From: an uncultured virus (IMG/VR IMGVR_UViG_3300044617_002354)
Lineage: Duplodnaviria; Heunggongvirae; Uroviricota; Caudoviricetes
Length of the DNA: 64,000 nt
Direction: 5' to 3' (one strand)
IMG/VR virus record: IMGVR_UViG_3300044617_002354
The position numbers were made by a program, and so were the translations under genes. Below the pieces are notes generated by a model, which searched no databases, was not told the DNA's origin, and saw only the letters and a program-made list of their open reading frames with translations. Below, piece by piece: positions 28,499 to 37,565 of the stretch (its first letter is position 1; every line of letters starts with the position of its first letter).

Positions 28499-29274
28499 TT
28501 TAAAATTAATTCAGCGTATTTAGTAATTTTCTTACAAGGAATAATTTTATATGTAGTGTTCTGCGTGTTGAACCAGACAATATTTAACTCACTGATTTTT
28601 AAATTGGTATATTTTTCTAAAATATATTGGTAGATTGAAAGCTGTAAACTATAGGTATTATACTCACAAACTTCTAAATTATTGAGAGGTGGAAGAAAAA
28701 AATCTCCGTACTGACTGCTGTATGAAATAGCTTTATTTGTTTTAAAATCGTATATTTCGTACGTGTTTGTTTTTTTGTTAAAAGCAAGCATATCTAAAGT
28801 ACCGCAAATCATAGATTGCTGTATATCACCTATAATTAATTCGTTTGAAACTGGAATTAAATATTCTCTTGTACTTTCAAAAAAAGAAACAAACTGCTTT
28901 GTAAGTTCAAAAATTTCTTTTTTAAAAGTTGTATATGCGTTTTCACCGAGTTTTTTAAAAGCGTCAGTGGTGTTAAGGTTATAAGGCTGTTTTGTGTATG
29001 TATTTTCAATAATTTGGTGTAAAGCGGTACCTAAAGTTGTAGAGTATAGGTTTTTTTCTGACCAAATAAACTTCATCTCATCAACTGATATACCTAATTT
29101 CTTAGCCTTTAATCTCGCCCACTTATCTTCATCAAATTTTGGTTTATATTTACTTATTAAACCAGTAACCGAATATTTCGCAGACAGCTGTCCATTGATA
29201 AGGTATTTGTGTTCTGATTCTTCAAATACGATACTATTAAAAACTTTTAAATCTTGTAATGCTTGTTCCAGCAT
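28483..29274 (-). CDS. PD-(D/E)XK exonuclease-like protein
   Basis: SVT, GTALH, E..., CGTLD, IYDFKT, YSLQLSIY. Confidence 0.85.
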   Translation of the reverse strand: MLEQALQDLKVFNSIVFEESEHKYLINGQLSAKYSVTGLISKYKPKFDEDKWARLKAKKLGISVDEMKFIWSEKNLYSTTLGTALHQIIENTYTKQPYNLNTTDAFKKLGENAYTTFKKEIFELTKQFVSFFESTREYLIPVSNELIIGDIQQSMICGTLDMLAFNKKTNTYEIYDFKTNKAISYSSQYGDFFLPPLNNLEVCEYNTYSLQLSIYQYILEKYTNLKISELNIVWFNTQNTTYKIIPCKKITKYAELILNQSKL

Positions 29275-29850
29275 TTATTTTTTTCTTTTCCCACGTCTTT
29301 CCGATGGATCGTCCCAATGTTTTATAGGGCATTTACAGAGCTGATAAATGTGACACAAATTACAAGAACGGTCGTTATTTAAAAAAATATCTGGCCTAAG
29401 ACAGGAAGATTTTGTAAGCTCAGCTACTTGCTTTTCGTTTGTAAGATCTATATATTGTGGCGCCCGAGGCTTCACAATATACGCACTATTTTTATCTTGC
29501 ATAAATTTTAGCACTTCTTTACGTTTCTCAATCTTCTCAATCTTTTCTCTATTTTTAAATTTTTTTACATAATGTCTTAAAATGTTAAACGGTACCTGGA
29601 CACCGTTTTCAATATTATGTTTTTTTTGTATTTGTTTTTCTGTAAAACCTTGCCGTAATTCTTTTATACAATCTTTTGTTATATAATACTTTGTATATTC
29701 TTCAATATTATCAAATTTAAATTTAGCAGCTTGTTTTATAAGTTTTGTCTGGCTTATTCTTTCACATTTACCAGAAAGTATACAAGTAACCTCTACTGTT
29801 CCGCGAGGTTTTGTCTGTACGGTTTTAACTGTATTTCTCTTAACCACCAT
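29275..29850 (-). CDS. basic hypothetical protein with C-terminal Cys cluster
   Basis: CLRPDIFLNNDRSCNLCHIYQLCKC. Confidence 0.55.
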   Translation of the reverse strand: MVVKRNTVKTVQTKPRGTVEVTCILSGKCERISQTKLIKQAAKFKFDNIEEYTKYYITKDCIKELRQGFTEKQIQKKHNIENGVQVPFNILRHYVKKFKNREKIEKIEKRKEVLKFMQDKNSAYIVKPRAPQYIDLTNEKQVAELTKSSCLRPDIFLNNDRSCNLCHIYQLCKCPIKHWDDPSERRGKRKK

Positions 29851-29858
29851 CCTCTTAT

Positions 29859-30137
29859 TTATTTTAACTGTTTAAATTTATTTTCTGCATCCTCTAAATC
29901 TACATATGTCCACCCCAAAACCCCCCATTGGGTGGTACTAGGGTAAACTTCTCCTGGAGGTATTTTATTACCCGCAATTTCATAGCCGTCGTGGGACTTA
30001 ATAACAATCACTTCGTAGTGAGGTTTTGCTTCTTGTATCTCTTCGTGAACTTGCTTGTAAATAGCTTTATTACCAACTCTTTTAATTTCGGTATACGCAA
30101 ATCCTTTTTTGGTAAAAAATTTTTCTAATTTCTTCAT
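29859..30137 (-). CDS. hypothetical phage protein
   Basis: YEVI...EVYPS..QWG..GWT motif; probable start ATG 30137, overlapping the queE stop. Confidence 0.6.
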   Translation of the reverse strand: MKKLEKFFTKKGFAYTEIKRVGNKAIYKQVHEEIQEAKPHYEVIVIKSHDGYEIAGNKIPPGEVYPSTTQWGVLGWTYVDLEDAENKFKQLK

Positions 30138-30898
30138 ACACGTAAAGCCATATTCCAAAGTAATAGATGCAGGCGAGGGCTAAAATTAACGTGCATAGCT
30201 TTAGCATACTCTGCTACAGCGGGGGCACGCTCGATATGCTCGTTACGAGACCCACAACACGGCATAAACCAAATGCGGCTTAATGCTACGTTTATACCGT
30301 TATTGTCATTAACATATTTTTTCCAGATTTCTTCAATATCTCTGTCTGAGGTGATTACGAACTTAAACCCAGAGTTATGCTCTTTGTGCCACTTCAAAAC
30401 ATCAGGTTTATAGGTTTTTTCCTCTGGATCGCCGTTTGTAGTTAATTTCGGGGATGTAGTAAACGTCGCGTTATACATAGTAACCCATCTCTCATCGGGG
30501 GTTAGTGTCGCATTTGTTTCAAAGTCAATTCTAGGTATGAAGTTATATCGTTCGCTGAATGCTTGAATAAATTTTAATAATTGTTTTTCTTGTATAAACG
30601 GTTCTCCACCGGTTAATTTTAATATAGCGCCGTTTTTTAAATGAAGATCGTATTGCTTTTGATCCATAAGAGTGAAGATCTCAGCAAATGACATTTTGTT
30701 TTTTACAGACCAAGAGATATAAGAATCACACCCATTGGGTGAGTCTACAGATGCAAACCCCTTACATGTTAAATTGCACATCGACATTCTCATAAAAACA
30801 GAAGGCTTACCGATATACTCTCCTTCTCCTTCTAGAGTGTAAAAAACCTTATCGTCAGATAAAAATAAATGCTCTTTGTCAATATCTATTGTATCCAT
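30134..30898 (-). CDS. queE: 7-carboxy-7-deazaguanine synthase (radical SAM)
   Basis: FYTLEGEG..G.PSVF.R, CNLTC...CDS, LTGGEP, ETN, SPK, SPRLH. Confidence 0.9.
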   Translation of the reverse strand: MDTIDIDKEHLFLSDDKVFYTLEGEGEYIGKPSVFMRMSMCNLTCKGFASVDSPNGCDSYISWSVKNKMSFAEIFTLMDQKQYDLHLKNGAILKLTGGEPFIQEKQLLKFIQAFSERYNFIPRIDFETNATLTPDERWVTMYNATFTTSPKLTTNGDPEEKTYKPDVLKWHKEHNSGFKFVITSDRDIEEIWKKYVNDNNGINVALSRIWFMPCCGSRNEHIERAPAVAEYAKAMHVNFSPRLHLLLWNMALRV

Positions 30899-30903
30899 AT
30901 TTT

Positions 30904-31335
30904 TTATTCCATGTAGAGTGCACTATTTTGGTCGTGCTCCCAAACTTCAACCTTTACAACCCTACACCTCCCCTGTGTTAGCTCGTTAATATGCTTTGAT
31001 GCAACCTGAAAACAGTATTCTGCTGTCTTTTCAATACCTACTTCATCCATTATTTTTAATTTACACCCTCCATTACCATGTAATTGTTGAAATAAATGTA
31101 ATAAAGGGTCTGTTTTCGCGATACAGAGAGTATGATCAAATTGTTCTTGTAGTTCTTTTTTAAGTTCTTTTAAACCTCCGAAGTTTACAACCCAGTTTCT
31201 TTCATCAAGTTCGCCTTCAAACCAAAACTTAGCTATCAAACGATACCCGTGTACATATTTACAATGTGTGTCCTCAGCGCGCCATTGACGAAACGCGCAA
31301 GACCCAAGCTCAATAATTTTAGTGGACTGATACAT
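30904..31335 (-). CDS. queD: 6-carboxy-5,6,7,8-tetrahydropterin synthase
   Basis: CAFRQWRA..HCKYVHGY, WVVNFGGLK, FDH, VWEH..NSA. Confidence 0.9.
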   Translation of the reverse strand: MYQSTKIIELGSCAFRQWRAEDTHCKYVHGYRLIAKFWFEGELDERNWVVNFGGLKELKKELQEQFDHTLCIAKTDPLLHLFQQLHGNGGCKLKIMDEVGIEKTAEYCFQVASKHINELTQGRCRVVKVEVWEHDQNSALYME

Positions 31336-31646
31336 TAGCTTTTTAGAGTCTCAACATTGAAACAGTCAACACAAAAATTTTGTTGTATTTTCTGTGTCCA
31401 GCTTTCCTGAAGATCGGCATCATCGTAGTATGTAATATTTTTAAGCGAAAGATTAGATGCAGGAATTTTATTTTTTAAATTAATAGCGAGATCGACAAAA
31501 TCTTCACTTTGTTTTGTTTCCCAATCAGCGCATATATTTACTGAACTAGCAAATAATAGGGCCTCAATAACGCTATTAAGTTCAGAGCACGTAAGCTCAA
31601 CGTTTATTTTTTTTTCTTTTTTCTTTAAAATAGATTTAACATTCAT
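31335..31646 (-). CDS. hypothetical protein heading the queD-queE unit
   Basis: 103 aa, 1-bp overlap with queD; TTGATA-N16-TAAAAT upstream. Confidence 0.6.
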   Translation of the reverse strand: MNVKSILKKKEKKINVELTCSELNSVIEALLFASSVNICADWETKQSEDFVDLAINLKNKIPASNLSLKNITYYDDADLQESWTQKIQQNFCVDCFNVETLKS

Positions 31647-31692
31647 TTCTATAAAATTTTATTATAGAAATGAAATTTATCAAGCAAACGTA

Positions 31693-31998
31693 TTAACTAA
31701 CAGTCATGCCGTACTTTTTAAGATCTTGTATATTATTAATTTTAATATTAGGGTCGTTAAAATCTTTCATTAATTGATTGTAATTTGGCTTTACCGCGTT
31801 ATTTGTAGCAGGTGGTGGTGGCGTCGTGGTAGTAGTAGTGGTTTTTGGCTGATTTGTTGACGCAGCTTGATTGGTATTTGGCTGATTTACTACGTTTTTC
31901 TGTTGTGCGTTAGTCGGCATTGGCGCAGCTGGTTGCCCGGGTGTACTAATATTATTACCTTCATATAAATCTGTAATTAGAGAATCAAACTTTGTCAT
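31693..31998 (-). CDS. hypothetical late protein with Q/N/P/T low-complexity centre
   Basis: Probable ATG 31998 after AATAAATA (32004-32011, minus strand). Confidence 0.6.
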   Translation of the reverse strand: MTKFDSLITDLYEGNNISTPGQPAAPMPTNAQQKNVVNQPNTNQAASTNQPKTTTTTTTPPPPATNNAVKPNYNQLMKDFNDPNIKINNIQDLKKYGMTVS

Positions 31999-32117
31999 AT
32001 CTTTATTTATTCCGGGAAAGCGAAAATTTCTTAAAAAGTTAAGCAATTTAGAGTCTACATAGAACTTTCTGAAACAGAAAAAACATGGTAGCGGGGGCTT
32101 TAAAAGCTTTAAAGCAC

Positions 32118-32639
32118 TTAATTTTGCACCCCAGAAAAATCAACTAAAATATTTGAATAAATGCGATTTTTTTGTATTTTATTCTTTAATGCTTTTAAAT
32201 TATGTGTTTCAGCAAATTTAAAGAGTTTTGAATAACTAACATTGCTTTTCTCCGCGCTTATTGCAGCTTTTGTAAACAGCTCTTCGTCTTTCATAGACGA
32301 AGCATAACACCATTTCACAGGGCATACTTTCAAGATATGCTTGATATTACTACTAAAAAAACTAGAAACTGCGGAATCTTGGATAGGGTATACAGCAACA
32401 ACTTTACGATATTTTGTTTTTGTTGTTTCATATGTTTTGCAAAGATTGTTAAGTAAAAAGTAATAAAACACATTAATAGTGTCTTTTTTATTCTGTAAGA
32501 AAAATGTTGATGGAACGTTAAGCTCTGTAAAGAACTTAAAAGTCTCGATAATAGATTGCTTTACAGACGGAAGAAAGTCTATTACGCAGACTCTATTTTC
32601 AGGAGACTCCTTAATGTGTTTTACGTTGTAGGAGTTCAT
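32118..32639 (-). CDS. hypothetical protein
   Basis: 173-aa ORF overlapping the upstream gene. Confidence 0.55.
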   Translation of the reverse strand: MNSYNVKHIKESPENRVCVIDFLPSVKQSIIETFKFFTELNVPSTFFLQNKKDTINVFYYFLLNNLCKTYETTKTKYRKVVAVYPIQDSAVSSFFSSNIKHILKVCPVKWCYASSMKDEELFTKAAISAEKSNVSYSKLFKFAETHNLKALKNKIQKNRIYSNILVDFSGVQN

Positions 32640-33246
32640 CTATCTCTTCAAAAGTTACACCATTATTAGAGGCTTCTTCTATTATTTCAAACACTTCATC
32701 TATTTTTTGTTTTATTTTACTTTCATAGTTAAGAATTTTTTCATGATGCTCTTTATCGTAGTTAATGTGTACAATGTCTTCATACAACTCTGTACCAGAT
32801 ATGAGATCAAGCTTACTACCGAGATATCGTTTTATTCTAATCAGTGTTCGTGTAAGAGGAGAATACGCTCTACATTCTTCTTCAGTTAATGGAGATTTTA
32901 TCTTATTACCACTACTATCAATAATGCCTAGTTCATAAGCTTTATAGTCTGTAATAGGTTTATTGAGATGATTGAGTAGGTTTTTTTTTCGCATTTTTTC
33001 AAAAATTTGTTCGGTAAACATACTGTTATATTGTATACCATGTACATGAAGATCGTCAATTGGGTTTAATCTACAACCTCTGCCATAATTAAGAGACCCG
33101 CAATACACGCATTTTTTAGGATCACCGCCGTGAAAATGTACACCACCAGGCGCGTACCTGCACCCTTTACCGTAACTTACAGATCCACAGTATGTACACC
33201 GGCTTACAGGTTTTAGAGTTGTAGTTTTTTCGCAAATAAAATTCAT
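32611..33246 (-). CDS. protein with tandem CxxC-C-H zinc-finger repeats fused to a T4-like conserved domain
   Basis: CxYCGSxxYGxGC..P...HxH twice; AYELGIID..G motif. Confidence 0.6.
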   Translation of the reverse strand: MNFICEKTTTLKPVSRCTYCGSVSYGKGCRYAPGGVHFHGGDPKKCVYCGSLNYGRGCRLNPIDDLHVHGIQYNSMFTEQIFEKMRKKNLLNHLNKPITDYKAYELGIIDSSGNKIKSPLTEEECRAYSPLTRTLIRIKRYLGSKLDLISGTELYEDIVHINYDKEHHEKILNYESKIKQKIDEVFEIIEEASNNGVTFEEIDELLQRKTH

Positions 33247-33698
33247 AGAATAAACTTACTTTTATATTTATTTGTATATTCTTCTACTATCTCTGCAGGT
33301 GGAGTGCCTATTCTTACGTTTATGATACCGTTATAGTATTCGTCTGTAAGAAGTACATCCCTACGTAACTGCTCTTTTATCTCTTCATAAGCAAGCTCCC
33401 ATTTTGAACGACAGGTTTTTAAAATAGTAAACTTAAATTTATCTTCTCCAAACCTTATAATATCTTTATTGAGCTCGACTGATGAACCTGTATACGTTTT
33501 CCAATCAGTTTCAATAATTTCTATTCTTTTGCGAGTCTTACCCTTTAGAGGTTTTCGTTTAAGTTTAGTTTTACATTGCTTTTTACCTATATATTTTTTA
33601 TTAGTTGGTATACAGCAAATCTCATATATAAATCCAAACGTGTTATTATCTAAAACAACTCCTTCAGATAATAGCCAGTGGCCAGTGTCTTGTTCCAT
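33243..33698 (-). CDS. GIY-YIG family endonuclease
   Basis: FGFIY...KYIGKK, WKTYTGSS, YYN. Confidence 0.85.
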   Translation of the reverse strand: MEQDTGHWLLSEGVVLDNNTFGFIYEICCIPTNKKYIGKKQCKTKLKRKPLKGKTRKRIEIIETDWKTYTGSSVELNKDIIRFGEDKFKFTILKTCRSKWELAYEEIKEQLRRDVLLTDEYYNGIINVRIGTPPAEIVEEYTNKYKSKFIL

Positions 33699-33702
33699 AT
33701 CT

Positions 33703-33915
33703 TTACTTTCGTTTTTTTCTCTTCTTTTTAGTGCCTGTCTTGTTTATGTTTCTTCGATATATATATGGGAACGGGTATGGAAGTCTAGCATCTTGTGGGT
33801 TATAGTCAATTGTATTAAGTTCTCCGCCTTGGGAGCCTGTACCTAAAGCCCCTCCAGGACTTGCAATGTTTTCTTCTTTTAAAACACTTTCAATTATTTC
33901 ATTTATATGTAACAT
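33703..33915 (-). CDS. small late protein with basic C-terminus
   Basis: CATAAGTA at 33922-33929; ends KKKRKKRK. Confidence 0.6.
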   Translation of the reverse strand: MLHINEIIESVLKEENIASPGGALGTGSQGGELNTIDYNPQDARLPYPFPYIYRRNINKTGTKKKRKKRK

Positions 33916-33944
33916 TATAATTACTTATGATAAATATAAAAAGT

Positions 33945-33972
33945 TTGCTTTTTAAAAGAAAGTTTTTATAAT
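33945..33972 (+). promoter_or_regulatory. sigma70-like promoter of the uvsY-uvsW unit
   Basis: TTGCTT-N16-TATAAT. Confidence 0.65.
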
Positions 33973-33998
33973 ATTTTGTATTTATTTTTTATAAAAAT

Positions 33999-34421
33999 AT
34001 GGAAACTGAAGAAAAGTCATCATTCGCAAATGTATTCGAACAATATCAAAACGATATACGTAAGCATATAGAAGTAAATGAGCTTAATATGAAAGAAATT
34101 CAACTAGGGCTACCTTCAGCAAGACATTATTGGGTTTCAAGACTTATACATCACAAGCAAGAGATTTTTAAACTTAAAAAATTAAGAAAACAAGCCAAAC
34201 AAAAGTTACTGGAAAGAATGTCTCAAACATCCCCAGTGAAGCTTACAGATAAAGCTGCTGAGGCTACAACAGATGAGCACCCAATAGTGCAAAAGATAGA
34301 TGAACAAATAGCTGAAAATGAGTTACTCGTGGAGTATTTAACAAAGATTGAATCTAACTTTCGCAGTGTCTCGTACGATATTGGTAATCTTATTAAAATT
34401 ATACAGTTAGAGACAACTTAA
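33999..34421 (+). CDS. uvsY: recombination mediator, UvsY-like
   Basis: Helical 140 aa, LP..HYW, ends IGNLIKIIQLE; directly upstream of uvsW. Confidence 0.7.
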   Translation: METEEKSSFANVFEQYQNDIRKHIEVNELNMKEIQLGLPSARHYWVSRLIHHKQEIFKLKKLRKQAKQKLLERMSQTSPVKLTDKAAEATTDEHPIVQKIDEQIAENELLVEYLTKIESNFRSVSYDIGNLIKIIQLETT

Positions 34422-35875
34422 TGAACAAAGTAATTATAGATTACGATCCTTCAAAGAAGAAAGGGATTATTATTTCTGAATATTTAAATAATATTAGAGA
34501 ATATTTTTCAGTAGAAGATAAACAACAGGTCTTTAAAAGACGTTACGCGGTAGGATATAGACCATCGACAAGAAAATACATTATAACACCTCAGGGAAGA
34601 TTTGAACCTCGATTTGTTTTTGAGATTATTAATTATATAAAAACATTAAAATCAACCGGTGTAAGTGTAAGTTTGGATATTACAGATAACTTTAAAAAAA
34701 ACACTTTAACACCCTCTTTAAGCACAGAAATAAAAAAACTCAATAAAACATTAAGAGATTATCAACAAGAAGCAGTCACGGAGTGTTTAAGTAATAGGTC
34801 TGGAGTTGTTGTTTTACCGACATCTGCCGGTAAAACGCTTGTAATAGCGACTTTGTGTCAAAGTATAATTGAACAAATTCGTAAAAAAATATTAATATTA
34901 GTACCCGATATACAGCTCGTACAACAAACATATGGAGATTTTTTAGAGTATGGTATTAGTGCGGATAAAATTACAAAATGGACAGGAAGTTGCGAGCTTA
35001 ATCCCAATAAGCAAATTATAATAGCAAATAGTCAAATTTTGCTCTCTAAAAAACAAGACTTATCTGTATTAAGTGACTGCGAAGTCCTTATAATAGATGA
35101 AGTACATAAATGTAAGCAAGGGAACAGTATAGTAAAAATTTTAAAAAAAATTCCGGCTCAGTATCGCTTTGGGTTTACTGGAACCCTCCCGGTAGATCAA
35201 ATAGATCAATGGGGTCTTTGCGGGGAAATCGGAAGAACAATTTATCATAAAAAATCAATAGAACTTCGTGAACAAAAATACATCACACAGGTTAATGTTG
35301 GAGTAGTTTGCTTACATCACAAAGAACAACCACAATTTACTCAAGCTTCTATTTTAACACCAACCGCAGAATATGAGGAAGAAATTACTTTTCTACAGCA
35401 AAACGAATTTAGGAACGACGTTATTTTAAAACTTATTTCTAAAGTTGAAAAAAATTCTTTAATCATGGTAGATCGTATTGCTCACGGTGAAATTTTACTT
35501 GAAAAATTAAAATCTCTAAGTGACCGACAAGTGTTCTTTGTGCAAGGATCTGTTGAAGTAGAAGAAAGAGAAAAGATTAGAAGTATTATGGAAAACAACG
35601 ACAATGTTGTTTGTGTAGCTATTTCAAAAATCTTTAGTACAGGTATTAACATACGTAATTTACATTATGTTGTCTTCGCGTCTATAGGTAAAGCAAAAAA
35701 TAAAATTATACAATCTATTGGTCGAAGTTTAAGGCTGCATGCAAATAAAAAAGCAGCGTATATATTAGATATTGCAGATAATTTAAAGTATAGTACAGCA
35801 CATATGAATGAAAGAATACAGTTATATAAATCTGAATCTATCAACTATACAATTAAAGATGTATATCAAGCTTGA
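34421..35875 (+). CDS. uvsW: SF2 DNA helicase UvsW
   Basis: LRDYQ, PTSAGKT, DEVH, FTGT, FSTGINI, QSIGRSLR. Confidence 0.92.
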   Translation: MNKVIIDYDPSKKKGIIISEYLNNIREYFSVEDKQQVFKRRYAVGYRPSTRKYIITPQGRFEPRFVFEIINYIKTLKSTGVSVSLDITDNFKKNTLTPSLSTEIKKLNKTLRDYQQEAVTECLSNRSGVVVLPTSAGKTLVIATLCQSIIEQIRKKILILVPDIQLVQQTYGDFLEYGISADKITKWTGSCELNPNKQIIIANSQILLSKKQDLSVLSDCEVLIIDEVHKCKQGNSIVKILKKIPAQYRFGFTGTLPVDQIDQWGLCGEIGRTIYHKKSIELREQKYITQVNVGVVCLHHKEQPQFTQASILTPTAEYEEEITFLQQNEFRNDVILKLISKVEKNSLIMVDRIAHGEILLEKLKSLSDRQVFFVQGSVEVEEREKIRSIMENNDNVVCVAISKIFSTGINIRNLHYVVFASIGKAKNKIIQSIGRSLRLHANKKAAYILDIADNLKYSTAHMNERIQLYKSESINYTIKDVYQA

Positions 35876-35913
35876 TTTTTTTTTGTAATAAAATATCATA
35901 AACCTATGTTCTT

Positions 35914-36516
35914 ATGGCTGTAATAAAAAGAAAATCAAATATTAGTTCGACGATTAAAACTAAGCTTGTCGATAAAACACCAGTAAAACCCATATTAAAA
36001 AAAATTAATAATAAAAATTCTTTTTTAGAACCACCTAAAAAAAGAGTAAGACGCACGAAAGAGCAGTTAAAAGAAAATTATGTTGATCCTATTGAGATGG
36101 AGAGACTTATTGGTGTTTATTATCAAACCGGGTATTTAAGTAATGATCTTGCTGATATGGTGCAAAAAATTGCTACTAGATTAGGGTACGCGCAGAATTT
36201 TATTAACTACTCATTTAAAACAGAAATGATTGGAGATGCTGTTATAAAAATGATCACGGCTTTAACAAGAAAAAGGTTTAAGTGTGATAACGGATATAAC
36301 CCTTTTTCTTATTTCACGAAAGTAGCATATAGAGCTTTTCAAAATCGAATAAAAAAAGAAAAAAAAGAACACGACACGCTTCATAGATATCAAGAAGAAG
36401 TTTTTAGTTTATTAACAGAAAACAATCAAATACCTGCAAGAAAAAATACAAAAAACAGTACAGAAGAAGACGGCTATGATATCGAGAAAGAGCTACTTAA
36501 TGATGATTACGAGTAA
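35914..36516 (+). CDS. late transcription sigma factor (T4 gp55-like)
   Basis: KIATRL...NFINYSFK.EMIGDA...NPFSYFT..AYRAF.NRIKKEKK. Confidence 0.9.
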   Translation: MAVIKRKSNISSTIKTKLVDKTPVKPILKKINNKNSFLEPPKKRVRRTKEQLKENYVDPIEMERLIGVYYQTGYLSNDLADMVQKIATRLGYAQNFINYSFKTEMIGDAVIKMITALTRKRFKCDNGYNPFSYFTKVAYRAFQNRIKKEKKEHDTLHRYQEEVFSLLTENNQIPARKNTKNSTEEDGYDIEKELLNDDYE

Positions 36517-37556
36517 TGTTTAAAAATACAAAAATTGCTTTATTTTCAGATTTACATATAGGGGTTCATAAAAATCATCCGGACTGGCATAAGGTGTCTT
36601 TGCAGTTTGGAGAGTGGTTTGTGAAAGATTTAACAGACCGCGGAATAAGAGATATTGTTTTTTGTGGAGATTACTTTCACACAAGACATGAAATAGAGCA
36701 GACAACTCTTCGGTGTGGTATAGAGTTTTTATCTTTATTTAAAAATTTTAATATAATTATGTTGCCTGGTAATCACTGCTGTTATTTTAAAAGTAATGCA
36801 GCGATACACTCTTTAGAAATTTTTAAACCTTGGGATAACGTAACAGTTTTAGATAATTTTACCTGTATTGAATATAAAGATAAAAGATATGCTTTTTGCC
36901 CGTGGGGGGCAGAAGATAAGATTGAGGAAAATTGCGATATTATTTTCGGACATTTTGAATTAGCGAATTTTAAAATGAATACGTTTAAAATTTGCGAACA
37001 TGGTTACGAGTCAAAGCAAATTTTAAAATTTTGTAAAAAAATAGTTACAGGACACTTTCATTTAAGAGATCATAGAATCTATGATAACGGTAAAGAAATT
37101 TTATACTTAGGTTCACCGTTTCAAATGGATTTTGGTGAAAGAGAACAAGTTAAAGGATATACGATACTAGATACAGATACATTAGAGTTCGAGTTTGTTG
37201 AAAACACTGTTTCACCTAAACATATAAAAATTAAATTAAGCGAACTCATTAATATTAATGCAATTAATCTTAAAAATGCTATAAAAAATAATATTTTACA
37301 ATTTTATGTAGATAAAAATATTGATCAAAGTAAAATTCAAAAAGTTATTACAACTTTAACAAGCATGGCACCATTGCAGTTTCGTGTTGAATATAACACT
37401 CATGAAGAGTTTATTAATCAAGAGCAAGCAATTGAGTTAGTTGGTGTAGACGTACAAAATTCTATAAATGAATTTATAGAAAATATAACAGTGGATATAG
37501 ATAAAAAAGAAATTTTAAAATATATAGACGAGGTATATAAAAAATGTTTAGTTTAA
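36516..37556 (+). CDS. recombination nuclease subunit (T4 gp47/Mre11/SbcD-like)
   Basis: SDLH, GDYF, GNH, GHFE, GHFH, YLGSP metallophosphoesterase motifs. Confidence 0.92.
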   Translation: MFKNTKIALFSDLHIGVHKNHPDWHKVSLQFGEWFVKDLTDRGIRDIVFCGDYFHTRHEIEQTTLRCGIEFLSLFKNFNIIMLPGNHCCYFKSNAAIHSLEIFKPWDNVTVLDNFTCIEYKDKRYAFCPWGAEDKIEENCDIIFGHFELANFKMNTFKICEHGYESKQILKFCKKIVTGHFHLRDHRIYDNGKEILYLGSPFQMDFGEREQVKGYTILDTDTLEFEFVENTVSPKHIKIKLSELININAINLKNAIKNNILQFYVDKNIDQSKIQKVITTLTSMAPLQFRVEYNTHEEFINQEQAIELVGVDVQNSINEFIENITVDIDKKEILKYIDEVYKKCLV

Positions 37557-37565
37557 AATAATATT

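Noticed and set aside
28483..29274. Cas4-like nuclease as a CRISPR component
   Set aside because: Stand-alone PD-(D/E)XK nuclease of a type common in phages; no Fe-S Cys cluster, array or other cas genes
33243..33698. GIY-YIG gene as a mobile homing endonuclease
   Set aside because: Short catalytic-domain-only protein with no evident DNA-binding extension or interrupted host gene
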